This document shows, in pieces, positions 27,177-33,723 of a stretch of 64,000 bases of DNA. A program made the translations under genes and the position numbers. Under the pieces are notes generated by a model that was not told the DNA's origin, made no database searches, and saw only the letters and a program-made list of their open reading frames with translations. This stretch comes from a virus. The stretch is taken from IMG/VR virus record IMGVR_UViG_3300004481_000388, positions 1 through 64,000 of that record, one strand, 5' to 3'. Every line of letters starts with the position of its first letter. Within the stretch, counting starts at the first letter, position 1.

Positions 27177-27756
27177 ATAGATTGTCCTTTCGTGTGGGGG
27201 TCATTATCCCACATTAGATGATGATTCAAACAGATGCCCTAGGCCAGCCCTTAACACACGCTATGGGCAGGACTAGGAAAATAGAGGACAAGCTACAAAA
27301 GCGGCTTTACATTCAACTAAACTCGAATCTATGTGTGTAACATTACCGCGATATGCACTAGGCGCGAAAGTCGAGGGTTATTCTCTCCTTTGCTTCGGTA
27401 CTGCGACCTGCTACCAGTCGCCTCAAGCCTCCTAAAAGATCATCTTAGGCTTTGCTATTCCCCAGCATACAGAGGTCGCACGAAGCTTTCTATATGTGGT
27501 CTGGGAAACCTAATGCACTCATAAGCCATACAAAGTACGCTTATGAGTATCGCTACGGATTATCAAAGATCATATCCCGCCAGGTAAGGCGTATTACCTG
27601 GCTAGCACCATTGCACGAAGCACCAAAAGCACCAATCCCAAAATGGGACGGCGGCACGATACTATAAAATCCGTATCTGTCAAGTGATGTTTTGAAGAAA
27701 AAGTGAGAAAAGTGCGTAATTACTAGGGAATAAAGGGGTTATGGGCGTGGAACACT

Positions 27757-27854
27757 CAACTGTCCGTGAAACTATCCAACTGTCAGGAAAAGACTCCAAC
27801 TGTCAGAAAAATCTGACACTTAGGTTGTCTAGTGCAAGAAAAATCTGGCGCTTA
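27757..27854. repeat. phased direct repeats (iteron-like)
   Basis: CAACTGTC at 27757, 27777 and 27797 (exact 20-bp period). AGAAAAATCTGRCRCTTA at 27805 and 27837. Confidence 0.85.
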
Positions 27855-27879
27855 ACGTATGATGTACGTTAAGCTGCAT

Positions 27880-27985
27880 TATATTGCGTATGCTTGAGGG
27901 ATATATTGCGCATATAGCAACGCACTATAACGCACACTCATTAACGCATTATATTTCCCATGTCGTACGCAATATATTGCGCATA
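27880..27985. repeat. AT-rich repeat/palindrome cluster
   Basis: ATATATTGCGCATA at 27901 and 27972, a related TATATTGCGTATGC near 27880, the 14-bp palindrome CGCAATATATTGCG at 27968..27981, and TAACGCA repeats. Confidence 0.85.
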
Positions 27986-28178
27986 ACATATACCAGCACC
28001 TCCCACTACCTACCACGTTTGACCACTACCACACACTAGCCGCACACACCCCACGCCCCACGCCACGCCACAAGGGGAGGGGAATAGTGCGATAATTGTC
28101 TCAAGGGTAGCCCCCAACCCCCCATAAAAAAGTGACCTGACACCACACTCTAATTTTTTTTTATTTTTTCTAACCCCA

Positions 28179-28195
28179 CGTCAACTTAGTTGGCT
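28179..28195 (+). repeat. degenerate 17-bp phage repeat
   Basis: CGTCAACTTAGTTGGCT. Confidence 0.5.
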
Positions 28196-28238
28196 CGTTA
28201 AAACTTCCTAATGTACTCTCACCGTATTAGGGGGCAGT

Positions 28239-28579
28239 GGTACAGGTGGTACAGCCTCGGTACAGCCCTTTTTACATACCTGTACCACCCTTATCCCCTT
28301 TATTTTCTTCTATTTATCTCTCTTTTGGTACAGGTGGTACAAGGAAAAGTAATATAATAAGGTAGAATAATGGAGTTTTCCACAGATAGGGGGTAAAATG
28401 GGGATGTTAAAGAGTGTCAAACTGTGGAAATGTGGAAAAACTGTGGAAAACCGATAAATCGAGAGAAGCACAATAGGGGCCGATCTGTACCAGAAAGGCA
28501 AAAAATAGGCTAAATATAGGTAAATAGGGAGGTTAGGGTGGTGCAGAGGGCTGGTACAGGGGTTGTACCAGTGGTACAG
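28239..28579. repeat. GGTACAG iteron cluster (about 10 copies, both orientations)
   Basis: GGTACAG at 28239, 28248, 28259, 28327, 28553 and 28573. CTGTACC at 28280 and 28485. Variants at 28336 and 28563. TGGTACAGGTGGTACA occurs twice. Confidence 0.9.
28421..28450. repeat. TGTGGAAA x3 direct repeats
   Basis: Copies at 28423, 28431 and 28443. Confidence 0.85.
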
Positions 28580-28657
28580 GGGAGAGGTTGAGGAGGCTAA
28601 AGGAGTAGATTTGTTAAAATAGCCTAATAAATAGAGGATGAGAGGGGTAGTTAGTAC

Positions 28658-28684
28658 CCCGTCCGGTATCCTCGACGGGTTTTT
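28658..28684 (+). terminator. candidate intrinsic terminator (plus strand)
   Basis: CCCGTC-10 nt-GACGGG followed by TTTTT. Confidence 0.45.
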
Positions 28685-28802
28685 GGTAGGTTTCAGCTAG
28701 TTTTTGGCATCATTATATATACAAAACCACCAAAACCCCCCCCCAAAACCACCAAAATCATCCCCCAATCCTACCCATAACCATCCTAAACCTAGAAATG
28801 CC

Positions 28803-28831
28803 TTGACTTTACAGTTTAAAAGGCGTAAAAT
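28803..28831 (+). promoter_or_regulatory. sigma70-type promoter for the rightward arm
   Basis: TTGACT (28803-28808), 17-nt spacer, TAAAAT (28826-28831). Confidence 0.6.
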
Positions 28832-28838
28832 AGGTGAG

Positions 28839-28905
28839 TTCGTCGCTCCCTGACTCGGCTTTCAGGACTTCGCACAACCTAAAACGTGCCTCAGGGAGCG
28901 ACGAA
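28839..28905 (+). other. leader hairpin with 15-bp perfect arms and a 37-nt loop
   Basis: TTCGTCGCTCCCTGA ... TCAGGGAGCGACGAA. Starts about 8 nt after the -10 element and ends 1 nt before a repeat copy. Confidence 0.85.
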
Positions 28906-28922
28906 TGTAAACTTAGTTGACA
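28906..28922 (+). repeat. 17-bp phage repeat, type A copy
   Basis: TGTAAACTTAGTTGACA followed by CATTTC, 30 nt before ATG 28953. Confidence 0.9.
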
Positions 28923-28952
28923 CATTTCACAAAAAGGAGAGAGAGGGAGAAT

Positions 28953-29510
28953 ATGAACACATTAGGATATGCACGAAGACCTACTAAGCAAAAGGGTAGG
29001 ACTATTGAACGGGTGATACGTATTGAGGTTAAGCCCCACGCGCCTATTATCTCATTAGGTTCCTTATGTAGTATGTTTGGCGTGAGTAGGAAAACGGTAA
29101 GAGACGTATGCACCGAGCTATGTAAGGAGGAATGTACGAATGAGGGGACTACGGTGTGGTTCCGTGGGGCGTTTTGGGACTATACCTATCATAAGCCGAA
29201 CAAGATGCGTGAGGAGTTATACCTGTCCCCCACGGCATTAGACATACTCACAAGCCCATATACGTTAGATGAGGGAGAGGCAGGGGTAGGGGGGGAAGGG
29301 TATGAGGTGCCTGACGACCCTGAATCCCCTGAAAGTATCACCCCCATTTACCCCTTCACCGAGCTATTAGTAAAAGGCTTTCCTGCAAACGTACGCCCCA
29401 ATCGCCTACAAGGACGTGGGAAGGGGGAGTTCATAGAGGATTGTGACAGGATATTAGACTTCCTTGCCTCACAACTTGACGTAATAAAAAATAAGCCTCC
29501 TGTAGTATAG
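28953..29510 (+). CDS. helix-turn-helix DNA-binding protein, first rightward gene
   Basis: Part of ORF 28917..29510. ATG 28953 follows GGAGAGAGAGGGAG. HTH-like ISLGSLCSMFGVSRKTVRDV. Confidence 0.55.
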   Translation: MNTLGYARRPTKQKGRTIERVIRIEVKPHAPIISLGSLCSMFGVSRKTVRDVCTELCKEECTNEGTTVWFRGAFWDYTYHKPNKMREELYLSPTALDILTSPYTLDEGEAGVGGEGYEVPDDPESPESITPIYPFTELLVKGFPANVRPNRLQGRGKGEFIEDCDRILDFLASQLDVIKNKPPVV

Positions 29511-29596
29511 CGACTCGTTTTGCCCCGGCGTTTGGTGCGTAGGATTCCCCCATAGGGAATAATCCTCACACCTCTTCCCCCATTTTGAGAGGTTAT

Positions 29597-31336
29597 ATGT
29601 CAATTGACGTACTAGCTGGTATAGAACGTGTTTATACTTCCCTAATAGACCGTGCTTGTGAAGAAAGTGGGAGGCCGGGGAAGTGGCTATCCCGCATCCT
29701 CCTAGACCTAAACATTAGCGCCTTAGAACGACCTACCATAGACTCTCTTGCCCACATATTCGCGTATATATATAAAGACGAGCTTAGACATGTTATTAAC
29801 GACGGGGTAGGGAGATTTGTGTGGTGGGACGGGGAGAAGTGGACGATGGGAGAGCAGAAGAAGGTGGCAGAAGGGGTATATGTGAGATTTAGCGCGTTGG
29901 GTAAGTTCTTTCGAGAGGTAGCGAGAAAGGGATGTGGGCCTGATAGTGAGGGGGAGTTTAACCCTGAAACCTCATCAGGGCAGTGGAAGTGGTTAAACCG
30001 TGCCATTGACCGCGTAGGGAGTCCTAAGGATATTAAGGAAATCATCTCCCTCGTTTCACTACAGGGATTACTTAACTCATACGAATACTCTCCTAAGGAA
30101 CATGAACTCGTGGTACGTGTAAAAGAGGGGGGGTATGGTGTACTTGATTTATACGAGGGGGAGGTGCGTGCGTGTAGAAAGGATGAGATGGTGCTTACGT
30201 CAACTAGGTTTACACTTCCTCTAGGGCGTGTAGGAGCGTACGTAGATGAGGGGAGGGTAAGGGGGAGTAAGTTTTATGACTCGCTATCGTATCTTATGGG
30301 GAAGGATGAGAGAGATATGGAGTTTATGGTGAGATTGTTGGGGTATGTGTGTAGTGGGAGCGTGAGTGGGCAGTGGTTTTTTTGGATAGAGGGGGAGACG
30401 AGGAATGGGAAGAGTGTGGTGACTGATCCGTTTTTGGAGTTATTGGGTATAGAAGATGGTGGGTTGGCGATAGGGTTGAATAGCAATACGTTTACAGCTA
30501 GGAGTAATAGCGCGAACGACTTTGCATTAGCGAGGGTAGAGGGGAAGAGGTTTATTAAAGTTAGTGAGCCGCCAGGGAAGGAAGGCGTGGGGTTTATGTT
30601 AGACGAGGAGTTGATTAAGAAGCTGACGGGGGATGGGGCGATGATGGTGAAAGGGTTTTATCAAGCGCCGAAGATGATAAGGGTGACGGGGAAGGTGGTA
30701 TTTGTGTGTAATCACGCGCCTAAGGTTAAGGATTCAAGCGGGGCGGTGAATAGCAGGATGATTAGGGTGAGAACTGCGGGAAAGACAATAGAGGCGGGGG
30801 ATAGGGAAGAGGGAAGAGTGGATCATATCGTGGAATTTGAGCAGGATGTATTAGCGTGGGTTATGTGTAAGGGATATAGGGAGTATAGGTTGAAGGGACT
30901 AGGGGTGCCGGAGAAGTATAGAGGGTGGAATGGAGATAATATGGTAGGGGCACTGTGTAATAATGACACAGTGGAGTTTGTTGAGGATTGCTTAGGATTT
31001 GTGCCGCGTGAGGATAGGGGGCAGGGAGAGAAGGGGAGCGGTAGGAGTTATCCAACGCCGGGGGATGTTTATAGGCTGTATGAGGCGTGGGTGAGTGAGA
31101 CGAAGGTTAAGAAGTCACATTATAGTAGTACGACTCTCATAGACGACGTGATGAGACTCTTGCCGGGGGTGGAGAAAAGACGCGTGAACGGGACGAGGTT
31201 AGTGGGTTTGGTGATGAGGAAGAGGGTGAGTAATAGGGGCGTGTGGATGGAGGAGTTGCGGGTGGAGGATAACAAGGGCGTGGGTAGTGAGATAAGTGAA
31301 GGTAAGGACGAAAAGGAGGCTGATTTATGCAAATAA
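29597..31336 (+). CDS. D5/P4-family SF3 helicase (primase-helicase C-terminal domain)
   Basis: Part of ORF 29585..31336. Walker A GETRNGKS, Walker B-like RFIKVSEP. Adjacent to the iteron region. Confidence 0.7.
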   Translation: MSIDVLAGIERVYTSLIDRACEESGRPGKWLSRILLDLNISALERPTIDSLAHIFAYIYKDELRHVINDGVGRFVWWDGEKWTMGEQKKVAEGVYVRFSALGKFFREVARKGCGPDSEGEFNPETSSGQWKWLNRAIDRVGSPKDIKEIISLVSLQGLLNSYEYSPKEHELVVRVKEGGYGVLDLYEGEVRACRKDEMVLTSTRFTLPLGRVGAYVDEGRVRGSKFYDSLSYLMGKDERDMEFMVRLLGYVCSGSVSGQWFFWIEGETRNGKSVVTDPFLELLGIEDGGLAIGLNSNTFTARSNSANDFALARVEGKRFIKVSEPPGKEGVGFMLDEELIKKLTGDGAMMVKGFYQAPKMIRVTGKVVFVCNHAPKVKDSSGAVNSRMIRVRTAGKTIEAGDREEGRVDHIVEFEQDVLAWVMCKGYREYRLKGLGVPEKYRGWNGDNMVGALCNNDTVEFVEDCLGFVPREDRGQGEKGSGRSYPTPGDVYRLYEAWVSETKVKKSHYSSTTLIDDVMRLLPGVEKRRVNGTRLVGLVMRKRVSNRGVWMEELRVEDNKGVGSEISEGKDEKEADLCK

Positions 31337-31641
31337 TTAGCACGCTACTAGGCACGCTACTAGATATGTACTACGCATCTCGTCGTGCTTATTGTTTTCT
31401 CACGCACAACCCTCAAGGCGCGTGGGTGCGCGTCCCAGGGAGAGTTCATGTAGAGAGGGTAGAAGATGGTGTTATGGCTAAGGATATACGCTATACGTGC
31501 AATATATGTGACTGTGAACACACTATACGAATAACGTGGAAGTGTGATACATTGGCGTGGGCTGGGAGTGAGACTATGACGTGGGAGGGGGTGGTGGTGG
31601 AGGGAGGTGTAAACTTAGTTGACACTTCTAATAAACGATAA
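31327..31641 (+). CDS. hypothetical Cys-rich protein ending in an in-frame repeat copy
   Basis: 104-aa ORF. CNICDC. C-terminus GGVNLVDTSNKR. Confidence 0.55.
   Translation: MQIISTLLGTLLDMYYASRRAYCFLTHNPQGAWVRVPGRVHVERVEDGVMAKDIRYTCNICDCEHTIRITWKCDTLAWAGSETMTWEGVVVEGGVNLVDTSNKR
31608..31624 (+). repeat. 17-bp phage repeat, type A copy
   Basis: TGTAAACTTAGTTGACA followed by CTTC. Confidence 0.9.
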
Positions 31642-31682
31642 TCAAGAAAGGTTAATCAAGAAACGTTAATCAAGAAGAAAGG
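31639..31682. repeat. 3 x 14-bp tandem repeat in the leader of gene 31690..31929
   Basis: TAATCAAGAAAGGT, TAATCAAGAAACGT, TAATCAAGAAGAAAGG. Confidence 0.9.
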
Positions 31683-31689
31683 AATAGTT

Positions 31690-31929
31690 ATGCCAAGAGG
31701 AATAGGTAGTGAAGTTATCGTGAGACAAGGCGTAGTGCGGGATATGACGAGGAGTGGGGGGAGACGGTTGGATGAGTTGACGCCGCAAGAGGTGCAGGAG
31801 GAGGTAGAGAAGATGCGGGTGGAAGGGACAGATGTGATGTTAGGGAGTCAGACACAGCCTATTGCGTATGATGGGAGTTTTGAGGTGGCGAAGAGTGCGG
31901 CGAGGGATGCGCTGAGTGGGAAGTATTAG
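31690..31929 (+). CDS. hypothetical protein
   Basis: 79-aa ORF. Confidence 0.55.
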   Translation: MPRGIGSEVIVRQGVVRDMTRSGGRRLDELTPQEVQEEVEKMRVEGTDVMLGSQTQPIAYDGSFEVAKSAARDALSGKY

Positions 31930-31943
31930 GGGGTGAGGGGATT

Positions 31944-32543
31944 ATGAGTAGTGAGAACGAGAGAGAGCAAGACAAGGACGTAACACAACAAGACGTGAAT
32001 ATAACCATTTCACGTAATATCAAAGGGGCGAGGAGTGAGGAGGAGTGGCGCTCTACTCTCACTCCCAAACCCCCTAGCGTCATCCCCATAGTGGTAGAGA
32101 AGGATGGCGTGCTTGAGGTGGACGGGGTGAGGTTTGATCTCTCATCCATCGTGAGGATACATACGCCGATGAAAACGGAGGAGGTAATTGAGGCGATAGG
32201 GGAGCATGTGAAGGCGCAGATGAGGAAATCCCGCACCTTTAGTACGAATCGTGCGTTTGAGTTGGTGGTGTGGAGAGTGGCTGGGGAGGTAACGTGGAAG
32301 AGTTACGGGGAGAATAGGGCATTCATCGGGGCGAACGGTGGGGTGGTACTGGCTAACGAGGGAGGGGATGTGTGCGTGGAAGGAGAAGGTGAGGGGGGGA
32401 AGGAGTTAGTTAAGGCTATTCATCAAGATAAGGATATGCCGCCAGATGAGGTGAGGAGACGGACAGGGCAGGGGATTCCAGTGCATACAGGGAAGGGGAA
32501 GACGAGAGTGGTGATGGTTCCCTCAGAGCGTATTAAGGAGTGA
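31944..32543 (+). CDS. hypothetical protein
   Basis: 199-aa ORF, SD GGGGTGAGGGG. Confidence 0.6.
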   Translation: MSSENEREQDKDVTQQDVNITISRNIKGARSEEEWRSTLTPKPPSVIPIVVEKDGVLEVDGVRFDLSSIVRIHTPMKTEEVIEAIGEHVKAQMRKSRTFSTNRAFELVVWRVAGEVTWKSYGENRAFIGANGGVVLANEGGDVCVEGEGEGGKELVKAIHQDKDMPPDEVRRRTGQGIPVHTGKGKTRVVMVPSERIKE

Positions 32544-32555
32544 AGGAGGGGGAGT

Positions 32556-32987
32556 ATGTTAGCAAATGGGTTTAAGGTAAAAGAGGGAGATGTGTTTGTT
32601 AATGGGCATAAGAGTTATGTTGCCAAAAATTTTAACTGGTGGTTAGAGAGTAAACACATAAGGGTAACGCCTGAGGAGGCTATGAGTATGACAGAAGTAG
32701 AAAAGGCGATAGATAAGGCCAATAATAACGTCCTACAAGCCATAGAAGAGAGCATTACCTTACATGAGTCTATAGGGGGAGTGGTGACAGCGGAGATTAA
32801 CTGTACCGTTCATTGCCCTACATGCACACAAGTTATGTATAGGTATCAGGATAACACTCTCGCGTGCATTAACCACAAGTGTGATAAGTTCAGGGTGCTA
32901 TATCACCTCCCTCGCGTAATCCTAACCCCAGTCCCACAAAACGCCAAGGAGCAAACTAATGAACATGAAAAAGAACCGAACGTCTAA
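32556..32987 (+). CDS. hypothetical zinc-ribbon protein
   Basis: 143 aa, CPTC...CINHKC. Confidence 0.55.
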   Translation: MLANGFKVKEGDVFVNGHKSYVAKNFNWWLESKHIRVTPEEAMSMTEVEKAIDKANNNVLQAIEESITLHESIGGVVTAEINCTVHCPTCTQVMYRYQDNTLACINHKCDKFRVLYHLPRVILTPVPQNAKEQTNEHEKEPNV

Positions 32988-33711
32988 GAAGCGTATTACC
33001 CGTGGTGTAGAGGGCGTGCTAGAGATAAACGAGCCACGCCTATCCCGCCGCGCCCTTCTCTCCCTCGTCTCTAAACCCATCACCTTCTTCCTCGACCAAT
33101 CAGGCGTAGAGGAGGAGGATGTAGCGATATACTTGGGGATGCATCTTGAAGAGGGCGTGAGGGACGTGGCTAGTGGGAAGAAGACGAACATACGGAAGAT
33201 GCTAGAGGCATTCCTGATAGCGCGGGAGAAGGGCACGTTTGTCTCGTGGGATTTGTTAGCGAGTAAGTACGACGTGAAGCCTAGTCAGTTTATCGCGGCG
33301 GTCACATCGGGCGCGAGTCTGGCGAATATGTCTACGGCAAAGATGACTATTAACATGAATATTAGAGGGGTAGTGAGTAAGGTAGCGGAAAGGGCGCAAG
33401 GGGATGGGAGGAGCGCGAGTCTCGACGCTAAGTTATTCGCGGAGATGGCGGGGCTGACACAGGACGCGCCACAGGTAGTCGTTAACACTAACCAGACGAA
33501 CACGACGAATATGGCGCTAATTGGGGGGTTGCCTCCTAGGGGGGTGGGGAGCGTGCTTAGTGAGGAGGAGTTACGTGGGGTGCATGTGAGGAGTGTAAGG
33601 GAGGCTAGGGAAGCGAGGATGCTACCGGAGAGTGTTGAGGGAGGTGGTGTGGTGATTGAAGGGGAGGTGGTAGAGACACCTATCCTCGACCCCGTTAAGA
33701 GAGATGCGTAA
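32959..33711 (+). CDS. candidate small terminase subunit (by position)
   Basis: 250-aa ORF immediately upstream of the large terminase, with a basic N-terminus. Its stop TAA lies inside a repeat copy. Confidence 0.35.
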   Translation: MNMKKNRTSKKRITRGVEGVLEINEPRLSRRALLSLVSKPITFFLDQSGVEEEDVAIYLGMHLEEGVRDVASGKKTNIRKMLEAFLIAREKGTFVSWDLLASKYDVKPSQFIAAVTSGASLANMSTAKMTINMNIRGVVSKVAERAQGDGRSASLDAKLFAEMAGLTQDAPQVVVNTNQTNTTNMALIGGLPPRGVGSVLSEEELRGVHVRSVREAREARMLPESVEGGGVVIEGEVVETPILDPVKRDA

Positions 33712-33723
33712 ACTTAGTTGACA
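33707..33723 (+). repeat. 17-bp phage repeat, type A copy
   Basis: CGTAAACTTAGTTGACA. Contains the upstream stop codon and the TTG used as the ORF-track start of the terminase gene. Confidence 0.9.

Noticed and set aside
27333-27667. Plus-strand ORFs 27333..27524 and 27452..27667 in the ORF-poor segment
   Set aside because: They have no RBS, overlap each other, have atypical composition, and lie in a region dominated by stem-loops. I treated the region as non-coding.
28310-28501. 63-aa minus-strand ORF in the control region
   Set aside because: It lies across the GGTACAG and TGTGGAAA iteron arrays, has no RBS, and the product is hydrophobic low-complexity sequence generated by the repeats.
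28917-28922. The TTGACA at the 3' end of the 17-bp repeat as a generic sigma70 -35 box, making every copy a host promoter
   Set aside because: I checked the 16-19 nt window after TTGACA at 11 copies: 28917, 31619, 33718, 36520, 37064, 44985, 49599, 52420, 54752, 59241 and 62874. None has a credible -10 hexamer. In several cases the start codon lies only 3-20 nt downstream. Only the copies at 39381 and 41287 have a plausible TCTAAT at 18 nt.
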